The notes beneath the pieces are model-generated. The model was not told the DNA's origin, did not search any database, and saw only the letters and a program-made list of their open reading frames with translations. A DNA stretch of 32,494 nucleotides from a virus (Duplodnaviria > Caudoviricetes): the IMG/VR virus record IMGVR_UViG_3300014613_000067, positions 1 to 32,494 of that record; one strand, given 5' to 3'. Both the position numbers and the translations under genes were made by a program. Position 1 is the stretch's first letter, and each line of letters starts with the position of its first letter. Of the stretch, positions 1 through 8,346 are shown one piece after another.

Positions 1-16
1 AGATAAGATGGGTATA

Positions 17-301
17 TCAGAAAGGCACTTCATCTTCTTTAGGGTCCTCAAAATATCCGTCTTTCCTTGCTTTATCCATTGTCCGCTTATGAAGCCAGAC
101 GGGTATAAGAGCAATTTTATGGTCCGGGTGTTGGTAGTCCCTGGTCACAAACTGGACATAATTAACCGGCAGCCATAACCTGACCGGTGGGTAAACCAGG
201 CTAATTTCTATCCCTAATCCCTTAGCTTGGTGGACCTCTTTTATTTCTATCTCTCTCTTTGGCCCTTGTTTTTGCGGCAATTTTCTTGAGTCCTTTGTCA
301 A
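17..301 (-). CDS. Hypothetical protein ending in an acidic DEVPF tail; start uncertain
   Basis: ORF track; TTG start overlaps the upstream ORF; C-terminus resembles SSB-type tails. Confidence 0.5.
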   Translation of the reverse strand: MTKDSRKLPQKQGPKREIEIKEVHQAKGLGIEISLVYPPVRLWLPVNYVQFVTRDYQHPDHKIALIPVWLHKRTMDKARKDGYFEDPKEDEVPF

Positions 302-389
302 ATTCTGCTTCGCTGCCCTTAAATCCCAGGGCGGCCTTCAGAATCTCCCATTGATGCTCCCCTATTTTGTGCGCCGGTTTATTTTTCAT
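222..389 (-). CDS. Small basic hypothetical protein (55 aa, MKNKPAHKIG...)
   Basis: Translated by hand; below the ORF-track length cutoff; GGAG upstream. Confidence 0.5.
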   Translation of the reverse strand: MKNKPAHKIGEHQWEILKAALGFKGSEAEFDKGLKKIAAKTRAKERDRNKRGPPS

Positions 390-533
390 ACTATATGTTG
401 TGTCTCCTGATTTTGGATAAAAAAATAATAGTGATTAAGTCCCTTTTATTTTTAATTTATTAAACTATATGAAATGGCCCCGCGATCGTGTGCGCCGGCC
501 AGGTCCTGCGGAGGCCTCCGCTGACCACTATCC

Positions 534-713
534 CTATTTGTTCCCCACTGTATCTTGTGCCGGATATCTCCTGATAGCCGACGGATATACTTTCACCTTC
601 CGGCCATCGACTATAGTAACCTCCAGCATATCCCCATCGATCCGCCTGGAGGCCTGAAAAGGCACGACGTGTCCCTTCTTTGGCTCTATTACAAAACCTA
701 TTCCTTCTTGCAT
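534..713 (-). CDS. Small hypothetical protein (59 aa, MQEGIGFVIEPKKG...)
   Basis: Translated by hand; strong RBS AAAGGGGG upstream of ATG. Confidence 0.6.
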   Translation of the reverse strand: MQEGIGFVIEPKKGHVVPFQASRRIDGDMLEVTIVDGRKVKVYPSAIRRYPAQDTVGNK

Positions 714-748
714 CGGTGGTCCCCCTTTCTCCTTTGCTTAAGGTGGGA

Positions 749-785
749 TCATAGGCGGCCGATTGTGCGGACCAGCCGCCTATGA
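749..785. repeat. 11-bp perfect inverted repeat (hairpin) in an intergenic region
   Basis: TCATAGGCGGC 749-759 / GCCGCCTATGA 775-785. Confidence 0.8.
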
Positions 786-956
786 CGTTTGACGTGTGCG
801 GGTGTGCGTCAATTCGGATAGCTTAAAGGCTCCGGTAAAAGCCCTCAAAAACCCGCTGTCTACCCTTTCGGAGGCCGGCGGCCGGGAAAAACATTTTACA
901 GACGTCCCCCGGTACCGCCGCTGCATCGACGCTAACAGTTAATATGAAACGGACGC

Positions 957-1709
957 CTAACCGCCCTCTAGTCCCTTCAGGGCGGGCTCCATATACTTAG
1001 GCTCTAAAAAGCTCTTACGGTGCGGCCTGGTGGGCGTGTGGTCTCCCTTCCTGGCCGTGGTGCCGTATACCTTGCATATACGCGATGCGTTAAAGGTCTT
1101 CTTATCGACATCGACCTGGTCGGTGTCGAACTTTTCCGCCAGACCCCTCAAGCAGTCCCTTATCTTAATGACGTTCGGGTCCTCACTGGGGTCCTCGCGG
1201 TTGGTCAATGCCAGATCGGGAAGCCTGATCAAAAGATGGGTGCCGTTGCCGGATACTGCCGGTACGCCGCCCTCGTACTCAAACTCACCCCTAAAATATT
1301 TAAAGATCTTATTTCTTAATTTGATTGCGGCCTTCAACTCTTCTTTACTGGATGAAATACCCGATGGCCGCCTGGGATCCAGGTCGATGTAAAGCCAGCG
1401 TAAACACAAAATGTCCTTATCGCTGGTCGTGGCCGTCTTCATGCCGGCCGCCTTCAGGCGGTTGGCCGCCCTGGCCAGGAGGACGGGAGTAACCGGGTTA
1501 ATGGTAAAATAGATGCCCGGCGCCGCTGCTTTGTCCAGGGCCTCGGCGCATCTGCCGAAATCCTCCGGATTGTCAAAGTATCCATAGACAATACCGGCGC
1601 CCCTGGCAAAGCCCTCCCAGGCTTTACTCTTTCCAGATAGGCCGAAGGCCCGGATCTCGGTCACCTCGCCCGGTTCGAAAAGCAGGGTATACACATCAGC
1701 GCATTTCAT
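957..1709 (-). CDS. AEP-superfamily primase (prim-pol / RepB'-like domain), no fused helicase
   Basis: Motifs YFTINP, YIDLDP (DxD), SGNGTH, NASRICKVYGT. Confidence 0.75.
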   Translation of the reverse strand: MKCADVYTLLFEPGEVTEIRAFGLSGKSKAWEGFARGAGIVYGYFDNPEDFGRCAEALDKAAAPGIYFTINPVTPVLLARAANRLKAAGMKTATTSDKDILCLRWLYIDLDPRRPSGISSSKEELKAAIKLRNKIFKYFRGEFEYEGGVPAVSGNGTHLLIRLPDLALTNREDPSEDPNVIKIRDCLRGLAEKFDTDQVDVDKKTFNASRICKVYGTTARKGDHTPTRPHRKSFLEPKYMEPALKGLEGG

Positions 1710-1993
1710 TTTATTTTCTTGGCGTTTCCCCTTATCGCCCTTGCCAGTGAAAAAGCTTCTTTCCTTTTCATGGCTATCCAGGCAACCGGCTTCCCGAAAT
1801 TGATAATTACATGATTTTTTACTAAGCCCACCAGGATCTCTTTTTTGCCTTTGTCTGCTTTCCCCTCCGGGACCGGGAATTTGCCTGGCGGAACTATTTC
1901 TAAAACAGCCTCCATTGGCCGCCCTTCGGTACGCTGGTAAAAGTCTTTTAATTTTCTGTCAAGCGCCCCGTCTTCATTTTTACCTTCGTCCAT
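1706..1993 (-). CDS. Hypothetical protein
   Basis: ORF; 4-nt overlap with the downstream gene. Confidence 0.7.
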   Translation of the reverse strand: MDEGKNEDGALDRKLKDFYQRTEGRPMEAVLEIVPPGKFPVPEGKADKGKKEILVGLVKNHVIINFGKPVAWIAMKRKEAFSLARAIRGNAKKIK

Positions 1994-2171
1994 AAGCCCT
2001 CCTCCTAAAACCTCTCCGCCTCTTAATCACATCAAGATACGGTTTTATTATCCGGCCCGAGTCATTAATAAAATTCCATCGGTCACTTGAACAATAAGGG
2101 CAGCCCTTACTTCCTGGGGTTTCAAACTCCCTTAAACATTCAAGACATAACTTCTTATAAGTCTGCGGCAT
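1980..2171 (-). CDS. Small zinc-ribbon protein
   Basis: CLEC...CPYC; RBS GGGGAG. Confidence 0.65.
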   Translation of the reverse strand: MPQTYKKLCLECLREFETPGSKGCPYCSSDRWNFINDSGRIIKPYLDVIKRRRGFRRRAYGRR

Positions 2172-2179
2172 GTATCTCC

Positions 2180-2219
2180 CCCTCTCACCTTCTCACTTTC
2201 TAACCTTCTCACCTTCTAA
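2180..2219. repeat. Degenerate 8-mer tandem repeat (CCTTCTCA x5)
   Basis: ccctctca ccttctca ctttctaa ccttctca ccttctaa. Confidence 0.8.
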
Positions 2220-2321
2220 GCATCCTTCACACTTCGGATCATTTTCTTCCTGGTGCCATTCACAAACCGCCCGGTGAAGATCCCTTTCGTATTCCGGACA
2301 ATAAAGAATTTCGTTCCACAT
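2193..2321 (-). CDS. Small Cys/His-rich protein (42 aa, MWNEILYCPEY...)
   Basis: Translated by hand; fills the gap in the operon. Confidence 0.45.
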   Translation of the reverse strand: MWNEILYCPEYERDLHRAVCEWHQEENDPKCEGCLEGEKVRK

Positions 2322-2344
2322 GGCTTGAGGCTGTTACTCCCCAT

Positions 2345-2926
2345 CTATTGGTTAGCCTCAAAGAACGCCCTTGCGAATCCTGCGGGGGTTATTGCTCGCT
2401 TTTCCGCCTTCGCCAGGCTATTACCTCTATCTTGAGGCTTATTGTTTCTTTGGCATTCAATGATTTGCTTTTCGGTCATCACTTTTGCTTTTTTTATATA
2501 TTTTGCGATCGGACGGTTAAATTTTCCCCATATAGCTGTCCGTTTTGTAAATGGGTCTCCAAATTCCCACGGATCAAAATAAAAATGCGGCCTTCCGAGC
2601 CATCGACTTAAAAGTCCCATTGGATTCTCTAAGGCCCAAAAAACAGGATCACATTGAAAAAAAATCCGGAAGCAAGCATTAACCGGGTTCATTCCTTTAA
2701 TGAAGTCTCTTTCTATTTCTGGGTGTCCATTCCTTGCTCTGCTAAATTCTGTGCATGGCGGGGCTGCCAAAATCCCATAAACGTTCTTAGGTGGGATAAA
2801 ATCAATCACGTTATGGTCTGGAAGTGTTATAATCCGCACGTCATACCCCGCATCCTTGTAGTCTTTACTCCACGCCCCTGAGCCTCCGCAGAGGTCAAGA
2901 ATTATTTTAGTTTCTGGAAAAAGCAT
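2345..2926 (-). CDS. Short phage C5 cytosine DNA methyltransferase-like protein
   Basis: Motif I ILDLCGGSG, motif IV APPCTEFS, motif VI LENP. Confidence 0.8.
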   Translation of the reverse strand: MLFPETKIILDLCGGSGAWSKDYKDAGYDVRIITLPDHNVIDFIPPKNVYGILAAPPCTEFSRARNGHPEIERDFIKGMNPVNACFRIFFQCDPVFWALENPMGLLSRWLGRPHFYFDPWEFGDPFTKRTAIWGKFNRPIAKYIKKAKVMTEKQIIECQRNNKPQDRGNSLAKAEKRAITPAGFARAFFEANQ

Positions 2927-2942
2927 TCAAAATATCCTTTAT

Positions 2943-3272
2943 TCAGGCGCTCTCCTCCAAAAAATTAACAGCAGCGGCATAAGCCTCCTCGTATCCCTCT
3001 CTCATTCTCAGATAGAGATCCACCTGCAAATCCCTTGGCAGTTTATAAAAACATTCCGGACAAAAAGAGTGCTTTGGTTTCTTTGGCTTTTCACATACAC
3101 ACTGATTGCTCCTCAATTCATCTAAGTAAAAGTTTTTAGATTTTGAAACCGTCACGTCTTGAACTATTGCATCTATGCACACCTGAATCTGCCCCAATGG
3201 ATGAGAGCAATTATCGGGTTCTCCCGCATCAAAGTAGCGACATTTTCGGTTTACGCATTTAATGATTCCCAT
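2943..3272 (-). CDS. Cys-rich hypothetical protein
   Basis: ORF with several Cys clusters; RBS GAGGGAG. Confidence 0.7.
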   Translation of the reverse strand: MGIIKCVNRKCRYFDAGEPDNCSHPLGQIQVCIDAIVQDVTVSKSKNFYLDELRSNQCVCEKPKKPKHSFCPECFYKLPRDLQVDLYLRMREGYEEAYAAAVNFLEESA

Positions 3273-3284
3273 TACTCCCTCTCC

Positions 3285-3446
3285 TCAAATGGTTCGTATA
3301 TAATCAGGCTCTCCCAGGGGGATATCAGTAAAACTAAAGGGAATATTACATCTGATTCCCAAGTGTTCGAGGGTGCAAACCAGCAGATCCATACTTACAA
3401 AAAAGTCGTGTTCACTCTCCATCGCCTCTATAGCCGCTATCTCCAT
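3285..3446 (-). CDS. Small acidic hypothetical protein (53 aa, MEIAAIEAMESE...)
   Basis: Translated by hand; RBS GGAGG. Confidence 0.5.
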   Translation of the reverse strand: MEIAAIEAMESEHDFFVSMDLLVCTLEHLGIRCNIPFSFTDIPLGEPDYIRTI

Positions 3447-3888
3447 CACTTAGTACCTCCCTGATTTTATCGTAGTTATGAGGGTTCGCGACTGCGTTGT
3501 CGTAGCGATGCAGGAAGTGCTTGCATTCATGTCCCAGCACATTTTGATTGACAATCACTCCCACATTTGTACGCACACCTAACAGCCAGATCGCCCAGCG
3601 CAAGGAATCAGCATAACCGAACACGCCATTCCTGACGTCCTGGGCGGGCTCCCAGTCGAATAATTCGTGTCTCCCGACAATGTGAATGGTTAAAGGGGGC
3701 AGGGTGATGATCTTATGAAGATCGGAGGGTATGTAAAGATCATTAAAACTTCTATGATTGTAAATCTCAGCTGCCTGCCTGTTTGCTACATAACGCGGCG
3801 TACAGCCTGAAAAAAGATAAAGGATAGCAACCGCGAGGGCAAAGCAGCTAAGCGATATAAGTAAATATTGTTTTCGTCGTGCCATCAA
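3412..3888 (-). CDS. Putative lipoprotein with HExxH zincin-like motif
   Basis: Signal peptide with lipobox LFSG-C; GHECKHFLH. Confidence 0.65.
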   Translation of the reverse strand: MMARRKQYLLISLSCFALAVAILYLFSGCTPRYVANRQAAEIYNHRSFNDLYIPSDLHKIITLPPLTIHIVGRHELFDWEPAQDVRNGVFGYADSLRWAIWLLGVRTNVGVIVNQNVLGHECKHFLHRYDNAVANPHNYDKIREVLSDGDSGYRGDGE

Positions 3889-4136
3889 CCTCTCACCGCC
3901 CTGGGATCTTTCATCAACTTATTAAAGGTTTTTCTTAACGCCCCTAAACTCCGGTGCCTGTGGCGCACCTGCCAGCTATTATAACCGGTGGTCGCCTCCC
4001 GAATTACGAGCAGGGATTTATCTTTCTGAAAAATCCGAATGCCCGCCGCGATTAATTTTTTATGATCTTCTTTGTGCATAAAAAAAGTGATACCTTGATC
4101 AGATATCCCCTTACCCTCTTCCTTTTTTATTGCCAT
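3885..4136 (-). CDS. Hypothetical protein
   Basis: ORF; 4-nt overlap with the downstream gene. Confidence 0.65.
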   Translation of the reverse strand: MAIKKEEGKGISDQGITFFMHKEDHKKLIAAGIRIFQKDKSLLVIREATTGYNSWQVRHRHRSLGALRKTFNKLMKDPRAVRG

Positions 4137-4293
4137 AACGATGTCTTTCCCCGGTCCTGTAGTCCGTAATGTAACCGAGCGGCCTGGTCGGCTTCCGGCG
4201 TGGCAACTGCGCCGTTAATGTCAGTCGATGGGTCTTTTTGCCGTCATCAACGGCGTTCGGTTTCAGATTTAGCCTGAGCTGCTCTGCCGGCAT
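4111..4293 (-). CDS. Small hypothetical protein (MPAEQLRL...)
   Basis: Internal ATG of ORF 4111..4383; overlaps both neighbours. Confidence 0.35.
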   Translation of the reverse strand: MPAEQLRLNLKPNAVDDGKKTHRLTLTAQLPRRKPTRPLGYITDYRTGERHRYGNKKGRG

Positions 4294-4567
4294 CCGGTCC
4301 TCTTTCATCAAACAACAACTCACGCGGCACCTGGTAAACCCTGGCAATCGCCTCCTGGATCTCAATATTATGCCGCTGTCCAAGCATTGTATTGGTGATC
4401 TCCTGGCGCTTTTTGCCGATTTTTAGGGATACTTCCAGGTGGCCGATCCCGGTCAGCTTGGACAGGGATCTCCTGATATTTATTAGAGGAAATTTCAGCA
4501 GCCGGAGCTGCAGCACGGCCATATGCGCGCTCTGTTGGGGTATCCCGGGGCTGAGTTGATCTTCCAT
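4247..4567 (-). CDS. Cro/Ner-like HTH DNA-binding protein
   Basis: HTH-like pattern ending IQEAIARVYQVPRELLF; near the start of the leftward operon. Confidence 0.6.
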   Translation of the reverse strand: MEDQLSPGIPQQSAHMAVLQLRLLKFPLINIRRSLSKLTGIGHLEVSLKIGKKRQEITNTMLGQRHNIEIQEAIARVYQVPRELLFDERGPDAGRAAQAKSETERR

Positions 4568-4572
4568 TTTTT

Positions 4573-4806
4573 TTACTCCTTTTTGCTTGCTTCTTTTGAT
4601 ACATTCTGGTATTTATAGGCTGGTATATCAAAAGCGCTTCCCGCGCTATTGATATGATCGATAATTTTGATAACGGCGCTTGCTTCAAGGTCTGCGTGCA
4701 CTTCTTTTAGTGCCTGGTTGACCTCATTTAAAGACATGCCCTGGGCCTCGGTTTTGATAAATTTAACGATTTTCTCTCTCAGGTCTGTAGTCGTTTGTGT
4801 GCGCAT
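4573..4806 (-). CDS. Hypothetical protein
   Basis: ORF; RBS GAAAGGAG. Confidence 0.65.
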   Translation of the reverse strand: MRTQTTTDLREKIVKFIKTEAQGMSLNEVNQALKEVHADLEASAVIKIIDHINSAGSAFDIPAYKYQNVSKEASKKE

Positions 4807-4945
4807 AATGCTGGTCTCCTTTCTAAATAAGGTAATTTCTTATGAAACTATTCGATGTGATGGCTGATATTGGTTCCGAATTCATAACTGGTCCCCTTTC
4901 AAAAAAAGTTTCTTTGATACCCTGTTTTATAGGGTGTTTGCATAT

Positions 4946-4973
4946 ATGATACAGGTTATCTTAAACATGTCAA
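4946..4973 (-). promoter_or_regulatory. Leftward sigma70-like promoter
   Basis: TTGACA (4973-4968), 16 bp spacer, TATCAT. Confidence 0.5.
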
Positions 4974-4989
4974 GGAAAAAATACAAGAT

Positions 4990-5520
4990 TTGTTAGAAAT
5001 AAATTATGTTAAGCTTTTTTTTCAAAAATATGCAGAGCATGAAAACATAAAAATCATGCATGGCTGGATTACAAAACTAGCTGAAAAGATAAACGAAACT
5101 GGTTTTACAGCGGGCAACATCTCTACATGGATTAATCGAGGTTGGCTACCTGAAAATAGAATTAATAATATTTTAAATTTAGAGATTCCTGAACATTTGA
5201 AAGATCTATGCAAGAAATGTGATAAATCCCCCCCTGAGACTTCCAAATCGCCACGAGGAACGACAATCCTTACCGGACTCATACAAACCTATGGGGAAAT
5301 TAACGATAAAGCGGAAAAAGAGGGGTTATCCTTTCAGGAACAGATTGAAATTCTTAATGAAAATAGAAAATTAAGGAATGAAATACGAATGTTAAGAGAA
5401 ATCATCTCTGAGAAACAAACCCATTTTGAGAATATCTCACACCTTTTCCACAACCAAAAAAAAAGCGGGAATCGCAAGAAAACTCCCGCCCTATGCCTTC
5501 CGTCATGCCTTTATAACTAA
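4990..5520 (+). CDS. Putative repressor-like HTH protein; 3' end runs out of frame into the integrase remnant
   Basis: HTH-like TKLAEKI...AGNISTWINRGWLP, then coiled coil; divergent from the leftward operon; start uncertain. Confidence 0.5.
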   Translation: MLEINYVKLFFQKYAEHENIKIMHGWITKLAEKINETGFTAGNISTWINRGWLPENRINNILNLEIPEHLKDLCKKCDKSPPETSKSPRGTTILTGLIQTYGEINDKAEKEGLSFQEQIEILNENRKLRNEIRMLREIISEKQTHFENISHLFHNQKKSGNRKKTPALCLPSCLYN

Positions 5521-5668
5521 TATGCTGGGCGCCGGCGCTGACCTGAAATCCACCTCAGAGATCGCCGGCCACAGCCGCACCGGCACCACAACCCGGATCT
5601 ACCACCACACCGACTTGACATTACATCGAAAATCAATTAATAAACTACCACCCTTAGAAATTCCATAA
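5445..5668 (+). pseudogene. int: C-terminal fragment of a tyrosine integrase
   Basis: YAFRHAFITNMLGAGADLKSTSEIAGHSRTGTTTRIY holds the box II R, H and catalytic Y; N-terminal part absent. Confidence 0.85.
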
Positions 5669-5852
5669 AATCTTGTATTACTGTGGCTTGTCAAGAAAAA
5701 AAGATATTTATGAGGTTTAAGATCTTATTTTTTTCCTGCTCGTTGAGATACATAGTATTACTTGTTATATCAATTAGTTGTGATGTTTAAGGGTGGTTTC
5801 AAATCTGGTTTAAGAAAAAAAAAATAATTATAAACCAAAAAAAATATTAAAA

Positions 5853-6236
5853 ATGTCCATTTCTGATCGATTAATTGAGGTGAGAGGGGCTCTTAGTAGG
5901 GAAGAATTTGCGGCAAAAATTGGCGTTTCCTCTAAGACTATCCAAAGGTGGGAACTTAAGGGGGTTTTACCGAAAGGTTCAAAATTAGAAAAAATCGCTG
6001 TTATATTCGATATTGATGCATATTGGCTTGTTACAGGCAAAGGGTTAAAACATCCGGTTAAAATTAAGGATCATGTTGGAGTTCAAGATTATATTGATAT
6101 AAAAATCTATGGTCCAAATGGCGGGTTAAAAGAACACGACGTTTTTGATTCCCAGGGCCTCAGTATTAAGGATAGAGGGGTAAGATATAAGATGGGTGAT
6201 GAGGAGATCCTGGACGCGGACGGTATGCTTGTGTGA
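5853..6236 (+). CDS. XRE-family HTH repressor
   Basis: LSREEFAAKIGVSSKTIQRWE...IAVIFDIDAYWLVTG. Confidence 0.9.
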   Translation: MSISDRLIEVRGALSREEFAAKIGVSSKTIQRWELKGVLPKGSKLEKIAVIFDIDAYWLVTGKGLKHPVKIKDHVGVQDYIDIKIYGPNGGLKEHDVFDSQGLSIKDRGVRYKMGDEEILDADGMLV

Positions 6237-6278
6237 TCCCCGGAAAACGGTAAATATGAGGACTATTTCGGAAGCAGG

Positions 6279-6581
6279 ATGGCCGATCGTCCCGATCCCG
6301 GGGCGATAGACCTGGGCCAGGCCATGACTATGTTTACTAATATCATGGTGTCCGGTGACCAGGCTATACTCCGGGCGCTCCTCTCCAACCTGAAGGCATT
6401 CAGCCGCGCCGCTGAACAGGGCAAAATGATCGAAAAACTCAAGAAAGACTGCGAGGAGCTAAAAAAGTGTCTCGCCGCGCTGGAAAAGCTCCACAGCTCT
6501 TTCAAATCAGAAAAACCCCCGGACGGCCTTGAGGAGCGCCGCAAGCTCTGGATCGAAATGAAAAAAGCCATCGGCCTTTAG
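6279..6581 (+). CDS. Coiled-coil hypothetical protein
   Basis: ORF following the repressor. Confidence 0.6.
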   Translation: MADRPDPGAIDLGQAMTMFTNIMVSGDQAILRALLSNLKAFSRAAEQGKMIEKLKKDCEELKKCLAALEKLHSSFKSEKPPDGLEERRKLWIEMKKAIGL

Positions 6582-6625
6582 AGTCTTTGTATAATAAGGA
6601 TAGCATCGATCAAAGAAGGCGCCCT

Positions 6626-6829
6626 ATGCCCCTGACAACCTGCCCCGATTGCAACCGCCAGGTCTCAGACCAGGCCCCCACATGCCCTGCATGCGGCCGC
6701 GTTTTCAAAAAACAGAAACAGCCTCCGCAAGAGGGTTGCTTTCTGCAAACTCTAAATATCGGCTGCCTGGTCGTTTTGGGCATTATCGTCATAATTATTT
6801 TTATCATTATAATTGCATCGTTTAAATAA
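6626..6829 (+). CDS. Zinc-ribbon membrane protein
   Basis: CPDC...CPAC plus C-terminal TM helix. Confidence 0.75.
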   Translation: MPLTTCPDCNRQVSDQAPTCPACGRVFKKQKQPPQEGCFLQTLNIGCLVVLGIIVIIIFIIIIASFK

Positions 6830-6927
6830 TTTTTAATTTTAAATTCACCCTATCCTTAATTAAACATAATATCACTCAATAATCCTGCCAAAATAATGCA
6901 TTTTTTTTAAAAACCTTCATTTTTATC

Positions 6928-6957
6928 TTGACATCTGCTATACATCTATTATATTAT
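6928..6957 (+). promoter_or_regulatory. Sigma70-like promoter of the accessory operon
   Basis: TTGACA 6928-6933, 18 bp spacer, TATTAT; AT-rich upstream. Confidence 0.65.
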
Positions 6958-6982
6958 CTACAGCAAGATAAAAACCTCCTTA

Positions 6983-7013
6983 CCCAGCCCGGTACCCAAG
7001 CCGGGCGAAAAGG
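6983..7013 (+). repeat. Hairpin-RBS repeat, copy 1
   Basis: cccaGCCCGG tacccaag CCGGGC gaaaagg. Confidence 0.9.
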
Positions 7014-7047
7014 GCCGCGCATCTCACACGCGGGAAAGGGAAAAATT

Positions 7048-7254
7048 ATGAAAAAGATAATAATGTCAAATCTCAAAAAAAGATGGGATGAGCGACAATG
7101 GGGTATATCTCAAATAGGGATATACCTAACCGAAAAAGAGAGGACCGCCGCTTTCCTAAAAGAAGCTAAAATCTATTGCTCCCAAAACCAGGGAGATTGT
7201 AAAACTTGTAGTCTTGTAAATTACGGACTTGATTGCCATAATAATTATATCTAA
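7048..7254 (+). CDS. Small protein with Cys motif YCSQNxGDCxTCSLVNYGxDCHNN
   Basis: ATG at 7048 after GAAAGGG. Confidence 0.75.
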   Translation: MKKIIMSNLKKRWDERQWGISQIGIYLTEKERTAAFLKEAKIYCSQNQGDCKTCSLVNYGLDCHNNYI

Positions 7255-7261
7255 CCCTCAT

Positions 7262-7293
7262 CCCAGCCCGGTAACCAGGCCGGGCGAAAGGAG
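7262..7293 (+). repeat. Hairpin-RBS repeat, copy 2
   Basis: cccaGCCCGG taaccagg CCGGGC gaaaggag. Confidence 0.9.
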
Positions 7294-7301
7294 AAAAAAA
7301 A

Positions 7302-7826
7302 ATGTACGCAATAAAAGTAACCCCGAATTATTACCAAGGCACATGCAACGCACCTCAGGAGAGTTTTTTGAGCTACCGAGACCTTGAGGAAAATCCCAAT
7401 CACGGGAGTGATGACATTGCAGAGTTTGACAGCCCCGAAGAGGCCGAGGCCATGATTGACGATATCCAGGGGGACGGACCTTACTATCTCTCACACGGAG
7501 AGGCTGTCCGCCCATCTTATGGAGTTGTTGATCTTGACAACATTAGTGAGGATGACTGTCAAGATGCCTCCGATTATGACCTTGACGGCTTTAAGCAGGT
7601 TGACAAGGATAATTTACCGCCCGGCGTAGCCGATGCCCTTGATGCCTGCAATGTCGAATATCATCGATCCGGGGATGATTATGATGTGTATTTGGATATT
7701 ATAACTATTGAGGATATCCGTTATGCAATCGTATACATGCCGACAACCATTGCCTTACAGCTTAACTCTGATGATCTCGGGAGCCTTGATTGGGATAAGG
7801 CCGCCTATTACAGAGAGATTATTTAA
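7302..7826 (+). CDS. Highly acidic hypothetical protein
   Basis: About 40 D/E versus 9 K/R in 174 aa (hand count); strong RBS. Confidence 0.85.
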   Translation: MYAIKVTPNYYQGTCNAPQESFLSYRDLEENPNHGSDDIAEFDSPEEAEAMIDDIQGDGPYYLSHGEAVRPSYGVVDLDNISEDDCQDASDYDLDGFKQVDKDNLPPGVADALDACNVEYHRSGDDYDVYLDIITIEDIRYAIVYMPTTIALQLNSDDLGSLDWDKAAYYREII

Positions 7827-7837
7827 CCCCACCTAAT

Positions 7838-7866
7838 GCCCGGTATCCAGCCCGGGCGAAAGGAGG
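7838..7866 (+). repeat. Hairpin-RBS repeat, copy 3
   Basis: GCCCGG tatccagc CCGGGC gaaaggagg. Confidence 0.9.
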
Positions 7867-7870
7867 AATT

Positions 7871-8299
7871 ATGAAAAAAGAAGTCGGCATCGGGCCTCGA
7901 ATCTCCGAGGCCTCTGCAAAATGGTTAGAGAGTAATTTTGAAACTCGAAACGGGGGGGCTTCTTTTGTCCTGGAGGCATTCCCTCCCCTGTATCGGCGCA
8001 CATTACAGTCCGCCCTGGCCCGTCTCACGGACGGCGAAAAAAAATTAATTATAGATCTCCATAATGCCTATGCAATGACCCGTCAAATCCTCGGCCAGGT
8101 CGTCATCCTCCAGGTTAGCGATGGAATTGAGCTGGAGGGTATGGATAAAAAATGGGGTGTCGATAAGAAACATCTCCTCGATACCCTCCATTCGATGCAC
8201 CCGTTCGACCTCGCCTGCATCGAGATTTGGGCGACCGCTTTCTGGCAGGCCGGCCATTGGGATGCACCCGACGCCATCGAAAAATATATTAAAATTTAA
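7871..8299 (+). CDS. Hypothetical protein, possible operon regulator
   Basis: Strong RBS; N-terminus loosely ribbon-helix-helix-like; last gene of the operon. Confidence 0.75.
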   Translation: MKKEVGIGPRISEASAKWLESNFETRNGGASFVLEAFPPLYRRTLQSALARLTDGEKKLIIDLHNAYAMTRQILGQVVILQVSDGIELEGMDKKWGVDKKHLLDTLHSMHPFDLACIEIWATAFWQAGHWDAPDAIEKYIKI

Positions 8300-8313
8300 G
8301 CCCATTTAATTTC

Positions 8314-8346
8314 AAAAAAAACCCGGTCAAAAGCCGGGTTTTTTTT
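8314..8346. terminator. Intrinsic terminator, bidirectional
   Basis: A8-CCCGG tcaaaag CCGGG-T8. Confidence 0.85.

Noticed and set aside
4824-4886. 20-codon ORF MNSEPISAITSNSFIRNYLI with a good RBS, as a leader peptide
   Set aside because: Too short to support and no attenuator structure seen; may be a gene remnant
6983-7866. CRISPR array or integron attC sites
   Set aside because: Repeats are separated by whole genes of unequal length; no cas genes and no attC core motifs
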